A stretch of DNA of 46,644 nucleotides from Crocinitomicaceae bacterium (GTDB taxonomy: Bacteria > Bacteroidota > Bacteroidia > Flavobacteriales_D > CAJJDF01), in the NCBI GenBank assembly GCA_024639505.1, contig JAHEIE010000024.1, positions 1 to 46,644 on the forward strand, written 5' to 3'. Shown here piece by piece: positions 10,153 to 20,670 of this stretch. The notes beneath the pieces were generated by a model. The model was given only the letters and a program-made list of their open reading frames with translations, did not search any database and was not told where the DNA came from. The position numbers and the translations under genes were made by a program. The stretch's first letter is position 1, and each line of letters starts with the position of its first letter.

Positions 10153-11631
10153 ATGAGTAAGAAATTAACTACAAGAAGTGAGAACTATTCCGAATGGTAC
10201 AATGAGTTGGTTGTAAAAGCTGATTTAGCAGAAAATTCAGGAGTAAGAGGATGTATGGTTATCAAACCTTATGGCTATGCAATCTGGGAAAAAATGAAGG
10301 ACGAATTGGACCGACAGTTCAAAGAGACTGGGCATCAAAATGCCTATTTCCCAATTTTTGTTCCAAAACATATGTTTGAAGCTGAAGAAAAAAACGCAGA
10401 AGGATTTGCGAAAGAGGCAGCTATCGTTACTCATTACCGATTGAAAAACGATCCTGACAAACCAGGAAAACTAATGGTTGACCCTCAGGCAAAATTAGAA
10501 GAAGAACTTATCGTAAGACCAACTTCAGAAGCAATTATTTGGAGTACTTACAAAAAATGGATTCAATCTTACAGAGATTTACCTATTCTTATTAATCAAT
10601 GGGCAAATGTTGTAAGATGGGAAATGAGAACTCGTTTGTTCCTCAGAACTGCTGAGTTTTTATGGCAAGAAGGACATACTGCTCACGCTACAAAGCAAGA
10701 GGCAGTTTCGGAAACAGAACAAATGTTGCAAGTGTACGCAAAATTTGCAGAAGAGCACATGGCTGTTCCCGTATTGAAAGGAAGAAAAACAGATAGCGAG
10801 AGATTTGCTGGAGCCGAAGACACTTTGTGTATTGAAGCACTAATGCAAGATGGAAAGGCTCTTCAAGCTGGAACTTCTCACTTTTTGGGACAAAACTTTG
10901 CCGATGCATTTGACGTTAAGTTTGTGAACAAAGAAGGAAAACAAGAATTGGTTTGGGGAACTTCTTGGGGTGTATCTACAAGATTGATGGGCGCTTTAAT
11001 TATGGCTCACTCGGATGATGCTGGATTAGTTTTACCTCCAAAGTTAGCACCTATTCATGTTGTTATTGTACCTATTTATAGAAATGAAGAAGGATTAAAA
11101 CAAGTGATGGAATCAGCAACAAAAATTGCTAACGAATTAAAATCGAAAGGAATCTCTGTAAAGCTTGATGATGATGACAACAGAAAACCAGGATGGAAAT
11201 TTGCCGAATATGAATTGAAAGGGGTTCCTTTGAGAATGGCAATTGGACCAAGAGATGTAGAAAATAATGTTGTTGAACTTGCCCGAAGAGATACTCAAAC
11301 AAAATCATCTGTGCCTCAAGAAGGAATAGCAGATTACGTTGAATTACTACTAGACGAGATTCAAGAAAAGATCTACACCAAAGCCCTGAATTACCGAGAT
11401 AGCCACATTACAAAAGTAGATTCTTATGAAGAGTTCAAATCAATTTTGGAATCAAAGGGAGGGTTTATTTCTGCACATTGGGATGGAACTGAAGAGACTG
11501 AGCAAAAAATTAAAGAAGAAACAAAGGCTACCATAAGGTGTATTTTACTTAACAATGAGCAAGAGGAAGGAACTTGCATTGTTAGCGGAAAACCATCAAA
11601 AGAAAGAGTTATTTTTGCGAAAGCTTATTAA
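10153..11631 (+). CDS. proS: Proline--tRNA ligase (archaeal/eukaryote type)
   Basis: [39 protein letters not shown] and C-terminal FAKAY. Start is the ATG at 10153. Confidence 0.97.
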   Translation: MSKKLTTRSENYSEWYNELVVKADLAENSGVRGCMVIKPYGYAIWEKMKDELDRQFKETGHQNAYFPIFVPKHMFEAEEKNAEGFAKEAAIVTHYRLKNDPDKPGKLMVDPQAKLEEELIVRPTSEAIIWSTYKKWIQSYRDLPILINQWANVVRWEMRTRLFLRTAEFLWQEGHTAHATKQEAVSETEQMLQVYAKFAEEHMAVPVLKGRKTDSERFAGAEDTLCIEALMQDGKALQAGTSHFLGQNFADAFDVKFVNKEGKQELVWGTSWGVSTRLMGALIMAHSDDAGLVLPPKLAPIHVVIVPIYRNEEGLKQVMESATKIANELKSKGISVKLDDDDNRKPGWKFAEYELKGVPLRMAIGPRDVENNVVELARRDTQTKSSVPQEGIADYVELLLDEIQEKIYTKALNYRDSHITKVDSYEEFKSILESKGGFISAHWDGTEETEQKIKEETKATIRCILLNNEQEEGTCIVSGKPSKERVIFAKAY

Positions 11632-11642
11632 AAAAATCTAAC

Positions 11643-12329
11643 ATGGAAAACAAAGAACTGGACCACATCGCATTAACTCTGTGCACAAAATCAACTTTAA
11701 AACAAGATATATTTAAAAATACTGTAGACCAATTTCAAGAAATGAAAAAGGTGGCACAGAAAGTGGTAGAGCAAATAAAGGGACGAGTTTGTATGAAAGA
11801 CGACCGTATCGTTATTGATTTTACCGAAAAAAGCAAATATGAATTCCATATTACACTGGCAGGTGATATTTTGGTATTCAATTTGCATTCCAATGTTTTT
11901 AAATTTGATGAAAATCATTCGATTTGGAAGACCCCATATTTACGAGAAGATGAAAACAGAGGTTACACAGGTATTATTAACATATACAATTTTTTGGCAG
12001 ATTCTTTCAGGTTTAACAGAATTAATGACTCTGGATATTTGGTTGGAAGAGTGTTTATTAATTCCGAAAATCACTTTATAGCAGAGGGAAAACGAAAAAT
12101 GGGATTCCTTTATACAGAATTTGAAAAATTATTTTTTGATGAGAACTACATGGAAGACATCATCGAAAATATCATGATACACGTGCTAGATTTTGACCTT
12201 TACGCACCTCTTTACGAACACGTTAGCGAGGTTTCTGTTCACCAAATAAAAACCACTGGAGACAGCATTCAGCTTAAGACAGGAAAGAGGATGGGGTTCC
12301 AATTTGGTACTGATTCAAAAATAACTTAA
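11643..12329 (+). CDS. Hypothetical cytoplasmic protein
   Basis: 228-aa ORF 11 nt after proS; no motif I can name. Confidence 0.75.
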   Translation: MENKELDHIALTLCTKSTLKQDIFKNTVDQFQEMKKVAQKVVEQIKGRVCMKDDRIVIDFTEKSKYEFHITLAGDILVFNLHSNVFKFDENHSIWKTPYLREDENRGYTGIINIYNFLADSFRFNRINDSGYLVGRVFINSENHFIAEGKRKMGFLYTEFEKLFFDENYMEDIIENIMIHVLDFDLYAPLYEHVSEVSVHQIKTTGDSIQLKTGKRMGFQFGTDSKIT

Positions 12330-12368
12330 AAAAAAGTGAGATTTTTTTTTGAATTAGAAAAATTGTTC

Positions 12369-12376
12369 TAAATTTG
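12369..12376 (+). promoter_or_regulatory. -7 box for tRNA-Glu/rpsT
   Basis: TAAATTTG, 32 nt upstream of the tRNA 5' end. Confidence 0.6.
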
Positions 12377-12408
12377 CATTCCCAAAATAACAAATGGGAA
12401 GACATTTT

Positions 12409-12480
12409 GGCCCGTTCGTCTATCGGCTAGGACTCAGGATTTTCATTCCTGCAAGAGGGGTTCGATTCCCCTACGGGCTA
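12409..12480 (+). tRNA. tRNA-Glu (anticodon TTC); CCA not encoded
   Basis: Acceptor stem GGCCCGT/ACGGGCT, anticodon arm CAGGA-TTTTCAT-TCCTG (TTC at 12442-12444), T arm AGGGG-TTCGATT-CCCCT; followed by CTA rather than CCA. Confidence 0.96.
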
Positions 12481-12514
12481 CTATAGTTAAACACTAAATA
12501 TAAATTAACACATT

Positions 12515-12766
12515 ATGGCTAACCACAAGTCAACAAAAAAAAGAATTAGATCTACAGAAGTGAGAAGACTTAGAAATAAGTATTACCACAAATCTGCCAG
12601 AACAGCTATCAAGAAATTGAGAGGAATGGAAGATAAGAAAGAAGCTACTACATTCTTACCTGTTGTAAGTAGTATCCTTGACAAATTGGTTAAGAGAAAC
12701 ATTATCCATAAAAACAAAGCAGCTAACTTGAAGTCAAGCTTAACTTTGAAAGTGAACAAATTATAA
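12515..12766 (+). CDS. rpsT: 30S ribosomal protein S20
   Basis: MANHKSTKKRIR...IIHKNKAANLKS. Confidence 0.97.
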   Translation: MANHKSTKKRIRSTEVRRLRNKYYHKSARTAIKKLRGMEDKKEATTFLPVVSSILDKLVKRNIIHKNKAANLKSSLTLKVNKL

Positions 12767-12785
12767 TTAGTTAACTAACTTTTAT

Positions 12786-12821
12786 AAAAACCATTCGTCA
12801 GTTGACGAATGGTTTTTTTTT
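12786..12821 (+). terminator. Intrinsic terminator after rpsT
   Basis: A5-CCATTCGTC-AGTT-GACGAATGG-T9 perfect stem. Confidence 0.9.
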
Positions 12822-12897
12822 GCTCTAAATTGAACACAAATTCTCACAAGACTTGTATCTTTATATTCTATAAAAATACTGAAACAACAATACCAAG

Positions 12898-15339
12898 ATG
12901 AAGATATCTTACAACTGGCTAAACGAATATTTAAACCTAACTACTACTCCTGAACAAACTTCAGAAATATTGACTGACATTGGTTTGGAGGTTGAAAAAA
13001 CTGAAATCGTAGAATCAGTTCCTGGTGGTTTAAAAGGATTGGTGATTGGTGAAGTACTGGAAGCTGAAAAACATCCGGATGCCGATAAACTGAAAAAGAC
13101 TAAGGTAAATATTGGTTCAGAAATATTAAATATTGTTTGTGGCGCTCCTAATGTAGATAAAGGTCAAAAAGTGGTTGTTGCAACAGTAGGAACTACTCTT
13201 TACACCGAGAAGGGAGAATCATTTAAGATTAAAAAATCAAAAATAAGAGGAGAAGAATCAGCCGGAATGATTTGTGCCGAGGATGAAATAGGATTAGGAA
13301 AAAGCCATGAGGGAATTATGGTATTGGATTCCAATGCAAAAATTGGAACACCTGCCGCTGACTATTTTGATTTAAAAAATGATGTTGTTTTTGATATTGG
13401 ACTTACCCCAAACCGTGCGGATGCCATGAGTCATTTTGGTGTAGCAAGAGATTTGATGGTTGCTCTGAAACATAAAGAAATACTACCAAAAGAAGCACAA
13501 TGCTGCTCACCTTCTGTTGCAGATTGGAAAACTGACAACACGGATTTGAACATTGAGATTGAGGTAAAAAATATGGATGCTTGTCCAAGGTATGCAGGCG
13601 TTACATTGAGTGGTCTTAAGGTTGCAGAATCTCCGGAATGGTTACAAAAAAGACTTAAAGCAATTGGTTTATCACCAATAAACAATATAGTTGACGCAAC
13701 AAATTATGTATTGCACGAATTAGGGCAACCACTTCATGCATTTGATGCCGATAAAATAAAAGGCAACAAAGTAATTGTACAAAACGCAAAAAACAAACAA
13801 AAGTTCACTACCCTAGACGAAACTGAAAGAGAATTGCATACTGACGACTTGATGATTTGTAATGAAACAGAACCTATGTGTGTTGCAGGTGTATTTGGTG
13901 GTATTGATTCGGGTGTGAGTAGTTCTACTACCTCTATTTTCTTAGAAAGCGCTTATTTCAATCCTGTTTCTGTTCGTAAGACTGCCAAAAGACAAGCACT
14001 CAACACAGACGCATCTTTCCGTTTTGAAAGAGGAATTGACCCAGAAACAGTTATTTACGCTCTAAAAAGAGCTGGATTGCTTATCAAGGAAATTGCCGGG
14101 GGTACAATCTCATCTGATATCAAAGAATTCTATCCGAATGAAATAAAAAACCATCAGGTTGAATTTAATTACGACAACTGTAACAGACTTATTGGAACTG
14201 AAATTTCGGACGAAACAATCGACTCAATATTGAAAAACCTAGGTATTCAAACTATTTCTAAAACAAATCGGGATTTGGTTCTTGAGGTTCCTGCTTTTAG
14301 AAATGATGTACTAAGAGAAGCTGATATAACAGAGGAAATCCTGAGGATATTTGGATTTAATAACATCCCTGTTCCAGAAAAACTAAATACTTCTATTACT
14401 TACCGAGAAAAAAATGACAGCAGAGCATTAATCAACCTCGTTTCGGATAGATTGAGCGATAATGGATTTGCTGAAATTATGTCAAACTCATTGACGAAGT
14501 CAAGTTATTTGACTGATTTTCAATCGAAAAAAATAAATCCGGACTACGCTGTAAGAATGCTGAACCCGTTGAGTAGCGAACTTGATGTTATGCGCCAATC
14601 TCTTCTATTTAATGGAATGGAGGCAATCATTTACAACATCAATCGAAAACAAAGTGATTTGAAGCTTTATGAATTTGGTAAAACCTATTTTAAATTCGAA
14701 TCGGGATATGAAGAAAATCAAGTTTTAAGTTTGTTTGTAACAGGAAAAGATGATACTGAAAATTGGGACAACGAAGATAAACCTGTTGATTTTTTCTCCA
14801 TCAAAAAAGAGGTTTTGAACACCCTGAATCGTCTAGGAATCATGAAGAACTTTTCGACAAACGCTACTAAAAACGAACTTTTAGTAGAAGGTTTAGCCGT
14901 CAGTATAAACAAGAAACTAGTAGCAGACTTTGGAAAAGTAAGTAAAAAAGTATTGGCTAATTTTGGAGTGAAGCAACCTGTGTACTATGCCGAGATAAAT
15001 TGGGATAACGTTCTTCAGTTGATGATAATGAACAAGACAAAGTATAAAGAGTTGGCTAAATTCCCATCTTCTAGACGTGACTTATCCCTATTGATAGACA
15101 AAGCTGTGAAATTTGAACAGATAGAGGAGATTGCCGCAAATGCAGACAGAAAAATTTTAAAAGAGATTGGTTTGTTTGATATTTACGAAGGTAAAAACTT
15201 GGCAGAAGGAAAAAAATCCTATGCAGTTAGTTTCTTATTTCAAGATGAGAATAAAACCTTGGTTGACAAGCAAATTGAGAAAATAATGACGAAAATACAA
15301 GGTGAATTGGAAAGTAAATTGGGTGCTAGCTTGAGGTAG
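12898..15339 (+). CDS. pheT: Phenylalanine--tRNA ligase beta subunit
   Basis: MKISYNWL, HPDADKL, IVCGAPN, TPNRAD, RFERG and C-terminal anticodon-binding domain (RRDLSL...KKSYA). Confidence 0.97.
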   Translation: MKISYNWLNEYLNLTTTPEQTSEILTDIGLEVEKTEIVESVPGGLKGLVIGEVLEAEKHPDADKLKKTKVNIGSEILNIVCGAPNVDKGQKVVVATVGTTLYTEKGESFKIKKSKIRGEESAGMICAEDEIGLGKSHEGIMVLDSNAKIGTPAADYFDLKNDVVFDIGLTPNRADAMSHFGVARDLMVALKHKEILPKEAQCCSPSVADWKTDNTDLNIEIEVKNMDACPRYAGVTLSGLKVAESPEWLQKRLKAIGLSPINNIVDATNYVLHELGQPLHAFDADKIKGNKVIVQNAKNKQKFTTLDETERELHTDDLMICNETEPMCVAGVFGGIDSGVSSSTTSIFLESAYFNPVSVRKTAKRQALNTDASFRFERGIDPETVIYALKRAGLLIKEIAGGTISSDIKEFYPNEIKNHQVEFNYDNCNRLIGTEISDETIDSILKNLGIQTISKTNRDLVLEVPAFRNDVLREADITEEILRIFGFNNIPVPEKLNTSITYREKNDSRALINLVSDRLSDNGFAEIMSNSLTKSSYLTDFQSKKINPDYAVRMLNPLSSELDVMRQSLLFNGMEAIIYNINRKQSDLKLYEFGKTYFKFESGYEENQVLSLFVTGKDDTENWDNEDKPVDFFSIKKEVLNTLNRLGIMKNFSTNATKNELLVEGLAVSINKKLVADFGKVSKKVLANFGVKQPVYYAEINWDNVLQLMIMNKTKYKELAKFPSSRRDLSLLIDKAVKFEQIEEIAANADRKILKEIGLFDIYEGKNLAEGKKSYAVSFLFQDENKTLVDKQIEKIMTKIQGELESKLGASLR

Positions 15340-15491
15340 TTTTTTTTTGGAAAATATTTACATCCAGACGAAATTCGATTTATGGAAAATGAACAGAAAA
15401 ACTCTTTGTAAATCTGTGTTCGATATCTTTCTGTGAAATTTCCTTAACTTTAAACTCAACCAACTTTGGCTCACTTTAAATACCCCAAACA

Positions 15492-16409
15492 ATGAAACTT
15501 CCTTTTTCGCATAGTTTACAATCCATAGCCGAATTAATCGATTGCAGATTCATTGGAAGTCCTGATTTCTTGGTAACTGGAATGAATGAGATTCATCAAG
15601 TAGAAACTGGCGACTTGGTATTTGTGGATAATGAAAAGTACTATCAGAAGGCTCTTAATTCATCAGCTACCACAATACTTATCGACAAAGAAGTAGAGTG
15701 CCCAAAAGGAAAAGCTTTAATCATTTCTGAGAATCCATTTAGAGATTTTAATAAACTCACCCAACACTTTAGTCCAGTTGAAATTTGGAGCAAAAAAAAC
15801 CAAGACATTCATGAATCGGCCATGCTTTTTCCGAATGTTACTCTTGGAGACAAAGTGAAAATTGGTGCAAATTCTATTATCTACCCAGGTGTTGTAATCT
15901 ATAGCAACACAACTATCGGGGAAAATGTAATTATTCATGCAAATACAGTAATTGGCGGTGATGCATTTTATTTTCAAACTAAAAATGGTTCGCACAACAA
16001 GCTGCATTCTTGTGGCTCGGTAGAAATTGAGAACAATGTAGAAATTGGCGCTTCTTGCTCTATTGACAAAGGAGTTTCGGGAGTTACAAAAATTGGCGAA
16101 GGAACAAAAATTGATGCACAAGTTCATATTGGTCACGATACAATCGTTGGAAAAAATTGTCGATTTGCAGCCCAGGTAGGAATTGCAGGTTGTGTGGTTA
16201 TCGAAGACAACGTTACTCTCTGGGGACAAGTAGGAATTCCAGCAAACTTAACTCTCAAAAAGAACTCAACTGCTCTTGGTCAGGCCGGAATTTTGAAGAA
16301 TATGGAAAAGGGAAAAACGTATTTGGGCAGTCCTGCGAAAGAAGCTCGGGAGGAATTTAAAGAAATGGCTTTGATAAGGAAATTACCTGAGATTTTGGGG
16401 TTGAAATAA
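15492..16409 (+). CDS. lpxD: UDP-3-O-acylglucosamine N-acyltransferase-like hexapeptide-repeat protein (LpxD paralog)
   Basis: LpxD N-domain (GDLVFVDNEKY...NPFRDF), hexapeptide repeats and VHIGHD. Shorter than canonical LpxD, so possibly a second paralog. Confidence 0.75.
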   Translation: MKLPFSHSLQSIAELIDCRFIGSPDFLVTGMNEIHQVETGDLVFVDNEKYYQKALNSSATTILIDKEVECPKGKALIISENPFRDFNKLTQHFSPVEIWSKKNQDIHESAMLFPNVTLGDKVKIGANSIIYPGVVIYSNTTIGENVIIHANTVIGGDAFYFQTKNGSHNKLHSCGSVEIENNVEIGASCSIDKGVSGVTKIGEGTKIDAQVHIGHDTIVGKNCRFAAQVGIAGCVVIEDNVTLWGQVGIPANLTLKKNSTALGQAGILKNMEKGKTYLGSPAKEAREEFKEMALIRKLPEILGLK

Positions 16410-16561
16410 GTATTGATAACAGCTTTTAAGACTGATCAAAAATTCATTGACATCCTGAAATTGATTCAGAATCTGGCTAATAATATTGCACGTTAGCAAT
16501 TGGAATCATTTCAACGAACCTGAATAATTTAAAAATAATTCAGAACCATACGAGTTAAAAA

Positions 16562-16870
16562 TCAAAATGAGATGTTTTTGTATTTTTCAATCTTCTCGTA
16601 CCAATCTACCTTCATTTCAAAAGAAACATTTTGGTCCTTTATTTTGTGTTCTTGAAAATCTATAATTTTAGTTAATTGAGTCCAAAGCTCTGGGTTAGTT
16701 TGCCAAAATGATTGTTCTATTGCTAACACGGTTATTAGTAAATCACCTTCGTAAAATTTTGCTTTGACCATTATATCTTCCTTTAATTCATTAATTGAAA
16801 GAAGGACAATTTCTAAATCATTGTTTTCTTCGAAAGAAAGGAGTGTGGTAATTAGATTATCTAAAGTCAT
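16562..16870 (-). CDS. Small protein resembling CdiI_3-type contact-dependent-inhibition immunity proteins (orphan, N-terminally short)
   Basis: Segment LKEDIMVKAKFYEGDLLITVL...FWQTNPELW resembles the L-x-E-[ND]-I-L-A-E-G-D-F-Y-E-G-D-L-L...W motif I recall for that family. Recognised by eye only. Confidence 0.5.
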   Translation of the reverse strand: MTLDNLITTLLSFEENNDLEIVLLSINELKEDIMVKAKFYEGDLLITVLAIEQSFWQTNPELWTQLTKIIDFQEHKIKDQNVSFEMKVDWYEKIEKYKNISF

Positions 16871-16932
16871 GTGTTAGAATAGAAACGAAGCCTCCAGCTG
16901 GGAAGCCGAAATAACATCAAAAAATAGAAAGA

Positions 16933-17790
16933 TTAAAGACTACCACCGTTAGTTGTGCTAGAATCATTGTCCCATACTTTGGGGCAATCGGGTTTTGTGA
17001 GCCAAGTAAACCTCAGCGAAAAAATAACCGGACGATATCTGGAATTAAATACTCCAAAAGTAGAACGACCACTCTCCCACTCCCAAACATTGATAAGAGG
17101 AATCTCGACCGAAGGAATGATGTACCACATTTCGGAAATACGAATTCCTATTCCAAATTTATAATGCAATTGAGCCCTTAATCTTGAAGGATTATCTTGG
17201 TAAGTTTCGTCAAATCCCGATTCATCTTCCGTCTTTACAGTTTGAGAAACAGCAAAATCTATATTGGCTCCAAGGGTGTTTTGAAAAAATATATTCTTAT
17301 TAATTGCTAATATATTATTGGCATTAAAATGAGAAGAAACTGAATGACTTTGGAACGATTGTGAATAAGAAGTAGTATCACTCAAAACCAAATTTTGGCT
17401 AATTAAATCATAAGATTGAGCGGCTCTAAATTGCTTGTAGGACAATCCATAATCGATGTAACTTATTGGCTTTTTTGTACTCAACAATCTGTAACCTCCT
17501 AATTCTAGATACAATCCAAATTCTGATTTCTGTTCTAAATTGATGGCTGTAAGAACTATCGGCTGAAAAGAAGACGTTGTCAAAGTTGGTGAATAATCGA
17601 TAAAATTAAGTTTGGGGGTAGCCGTTACACCCACTCCAAAATACCAACCTGTATTGTTCAGTGGTTTTATGAATTCACCCATTTTTTGGGTTCTTTTTTT
17701 ACCACCATACCTATTGAATTGAGCTGATGACTGTAAAGCTAAAACTACAAACGTGAGAAATAAAAAAAGAGTATAACAAACTGATTTCAT
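16933..17790 (-). CDS. Hypothetical exported protein, probable outer-membrane beta-barrel
   Basis: Signal peptide and aromatic-rich alternating strands (GWYFGVGV, IDYGLSYKQF, LHYKFGIGI). Confidence 0.7.
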   Translation of the reverse strand: MKSVCYTLFLFLTFVVLALQSSAQFNRYGGKKRTQKMGEFIKPLNNTGWYFGVGVTATPKLNFIDYSPTLTTSSFQPIVLTAINLEQKSEFGLYLELGGYRLLSTKKPISYIDYGLSYKQFRAAQSYDLISQNLVLSDTTSYSQSFQSHSVSSHFNANNILAINKNIFFQNTLGANIDFAVSQTVKTEDESGFDETYQDNPSRLRAQLHYKFGIGIRISEMWYIIPSVEIPLINVWEWESGRSTFGVFNSRYRPVIFSLRFTWLTKPDCPKVWDNDSSTTNGGSL

Positions 17791-17820
17791 GGTGATTTAG
17801 ATTTTTTTTAGACACTACAA

Positions 17821-18549
17821 TTAATAAAAGCTATCTCTTTTTTTGTTCCAGATTAGAACTAAAATAAAACCTGCAATGGCTCCACCCAAATGAGCAAAAT
17901 GAGCAATGTTATCCCATTCAAATCTATTTACACCTAAAAATAATTCGACAAGCATATAAAACGGAATAAAATATTTTGCTTTTACAGGAATTGGCAAGAA
18001 AATCAACATCAGTTCCGTATTTGGAAACAAATAAGCAAAGGCAGCCAACAATCCCATTATTGCACCTGAAGCTCCCACCATTCCTAAATCATTGTATATC
18101 ACAGCATTTACCGCAGAAATCAAATAACCTTGCGTATCTGGAAAGTATCTGCCCTCTGCAGCAATCGTAAGAATTTGCTCTATTTCCACAGCAGAATAGC
18201 CAGCCATGGCTGAGGAATAATTGTAATAATTGAAGAGCAACTGAAGAACCAAAGCTCCTGCTGCTGAAACAAAATAAACTATCAAAAACTTCTTACCTCC
18301 CCATACTTTTTCGAGCGTAGAACCAAACATGGCAAGGGCAAACATATTGAAAAGCAAGTGAGCAAAACTCCCGTGCATAAAAATGTGTGTAATCAATTGA
18401 TGAGGCATAAAATAATCACTCCCGATATTATGTAAAGCCAACATTTCCCTATAATCTGGAAAAAGCTGAATTCCTAAGAACATAAGTATATTAATTATCA
18501 GTAGGTTTTTCACAATCTCAGGAAGATTTCTCAGTAAGTTACTAATCAT
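17821..18549 (-). CDS. Rhomboid family intramembrane serine protease
   Basis: FMHGSFAHLLFNM, catalytic GASG and AHFAHLGG; abuts mutL. Confidence 0.95.
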   Translation of the reverse strand: MISNLLRNLPEIVKNLLIINILMFLGIQLFPDYREMLALHNIGSDYFMPHQLITHIFMHGSFAHLLFNMFALAMFGSTLEKVWGGKKFLIVYFVSAAGALVLQLLFNYYNYSSAMAGYSAVEIEQILTIAAEGRYFPDTQGYLISAVNAVIYNDLGMVGASGAIMGLLAAFAYLFPNTELMLIFLPIPVKAKYFIPFYMLVELFLGVNRFEWDNIAHFAHLGGAIAGFILVLIWNKKRDSFY

Positions 18550-20379
18550 TTAAAATTGTTTGTTTAGTTCGTCCAAAGTAAAGGTAAGGTAAGTTTTTTT
18601 TCCGTTTAGCGCGTATTCTGGTTGATCGCATGCAAATAATTCGTCAACCAAATTATTGATTTCTAGCTCGGTCAATTGTTTCCCTCGTTTTATTGACATA
18701 TTAAAAGCCATTGCTCTCACCAAACTTTCTTGAATATCAAGATTCAATTTATCCTGATTATTCTTTACCTGTTCCAATATTTGCTCAAAGGATTTTTGGT
18801 AGTTGGTATCTTTCAGTCCAGAGGGAACTCCATTGATTGATATGGTATTTTTTCCAAACTCAGCAATATCAAAACCTAGAATTTGGATTTCTTGCCAAAT
18901 CTCTTTGAGAAGAGCAAAGTTACTTGCTGAAAACTCCAATTGAACTGGAAACAGCTCTTTTTGTGAAGAAATAGAATGATTGTTCAAGGAATAAGAAAAC
19001 TTTTCGTACAAAATACGCTCGTGTGCTTTTTGTTGATCAATTAAAATATATCCCGATTTTATTTGAGAATAAATGTATCTGTTATGAATTTGAAATATTT
19101 TCTTATCCATTTCAACCGGCATTAGCTCCTGACTTCCCTCTTCTTGTGGAGGAATAAATTCCCGCTGCTGTTCGTACATTTTTCGCAAAGCATCTATCTG
19201 TACACTACTCGGTTTTTCGGTTCTATGAACCACCGAACTCTTTTTCATCTGTGTAGTTCCATTCGATTCCCTATCAAATGGATTGAATTGAGGATTTACT
19301 TTTATTTGAGGTACTTTCACTTCCATTCCCTTTTGAAACGGTTCTACATTGAAACTCGTTTCTTGTTCAAAGTCAAGTGAAGGCGCTACCTGATATTTAC
19401 CGATTGATTGTTTGACGGCTGAATTCAAGATAGCAAAAATCGCTTTTTCATCTTCAAACTTTATTTCAGTTTTGGTCGGATGAATATTGATATCAATGCT
19501 GGCTGGTTCCATTTCCATGTAAATAAAGTACGAAGGATAACTTTTATTCGGCATTAAATCCTGGTATGCTTGCATTACAGCATAATTCAAGTAGCTATTT
19601 TTGATGAATCGTTTATTCACAAAAAAGAATTGTTCACCTCTGGTTTTTTTGGCAAACTCCGGTTTTCCTATAAATCCAGTTAAGTTTGTTATGGATGTCT
19701 TTTCATCTATCGGCACCAGGGATTGGTTGAATTTTTTTCCAAACACATTCACAATTCTCTGTCTCAAGGTTCCTTGCGGAAGATTGAATGTTTCAGATCC
19801 GTTTTGGAGCATTTTAAAACTCACTTCGGGATGAGTAAGTGCAACTCTCTGGAATTCATCAATGATGTGTCGTGTTTCTACTTGGTTTGATTTCAGAAAA
19901 TTTCGTCTTGCTGGGATGTTAAAAAACAAGTTTTTAATTGCAATTGAAGTCCCGTTTTTGGTTTGAGTAGGTTCTTGAACTGTTATTTTACTTCCTTCAA
20001 TTTCAATTTTTGTACCTAATTCTTCTTCATGAAGCTTTGTTTTCATTTCTACCTGGGCCACTGCCGCAATAGAAGCCATTGCCTCTCCTCTAAATCCCTT
20101 TGTTCGAATACTAAACAAATCATTTGTCTCTTTTATTTTGGAAGTTGCATGCCTTTCAAAACACATACGAGCATCAGTCTCACCCATTCCACAACCATCA
20201 TCAATAACTTGAATGAGTGTTTTTCCAGCATCTTTTATTATGAGTTGAACATTAGTTGCACCAGAATCAATAGAATTCTCTAATAATTCTTTCACTGCTG
20301 AAGCCGGTCTTTGAACCACTTCACCAGCAGCAATCTGGTTAGCAACGGAATCTGGAAGGAGTTTTATGAGGTTTGACAT
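18550..20379 (-). CDS. mutL: DNA mismatch repair protein MutL
   Basis: NQIAAGEVVQRP, KELLENSIDSG, RHATSK, GFRGEAM and DINIHPTKTEI. Confidence 0.97.
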   Translation of the reverse strand: MSNLIKLLPDSVANQIAAGEVVQRPASAVKELLENSIDSGATNVQLIIKDAGKTLIQVIDDGCGMGETDARMCFERHATSKIKETNDLFSIRTKGFRGEAMASIAAVAQVEMKTKLHEEELGTKIEIEGSKITVQEPTQTKNGTSIAIKNLFFNIPARRNFLKSNQVETRHIIDEFQRVALTHPEVSFKMLQNGSETFNLPQGTLRQRIVNVFGKKFNQSLVPIDEKTSITNLTGFIGKPEFAKKTRGEQFFFVNKRFIKNSYLNYAVMQAYQDLMPNKSYPSYFIYMEMEPASIDINIHPTKTEIKFEDEKAIFAILNSAVKQSIGKYQVAPSLDFEQETSFNVEPFQKGMEVKVPQIKVNPQFNPFDRESNGTTQMKKSSVVHRTEKPSSVQIDALRKMYEQQREFIPPQEEGSQELMPVEMDKKIFQIHNRYIYSQIKSGYILIDQQKAHERILYEKFSYSLNNHSISSQKELFPVQLEFSASNFALLKEIWQEIQILGFDIAEFGKNTISINGVPSGLKDTNYQKSFEQILEQVKNNQDKLNLDIQESLVRAMAFNMSIKRGKQLTELEINNLVDELFACDQPEYALNGKKTYLTFTLDELNKQF

Positions 20380-20491
20380 GGTTTGTTTTTACAAGTGTAA
20401 AAATACAAATCCTGATTGCGTTTGACAACTTAATTTTCCTTGGTTTCTGGACAAGTTTTCAACTGTTATGGAATAGCAATCATATGTTGGC

Positions 20492-20603
20492 CTTCGATAC
20501 TCGAATTCTCTATCGCTACTTCGAACTCAGCCCGCAGATTCTGCTATGTAAATTTGAACTACAAAACTGAACCCTGAGATCGACTGAAAGGAGAATACCG
20601 AAG
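20492..20603. repeat. Degenerate REP-like inverted repeat
   Basis: Three ordered inverted segments: CTTCGATA/TACCGAAG, ATTCTC/GAGAAT and TCGAACTCAG/CTGAGATCGA. Confidence 0.5.
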
Positions 20604-20670
20604 AGTGACTTAAAATTTACAAATTCACTTCATGTCACGACAATTCATTAAAGGGCTGAAAAATCTATCT

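Noticed and set aside
12409-12514. tRNA-Glu as an integration site
   Set aside because: No integrase is present, I saw no duplicated tRNA 3' end, and core genes flank both sides.
20373-20570. 65-aa plus-strand ORF upstream of mutL
   Set aside because: It has a TTG start overlapping the mutL start, runs through the promoter and repeat region, and shows no protein-like features.
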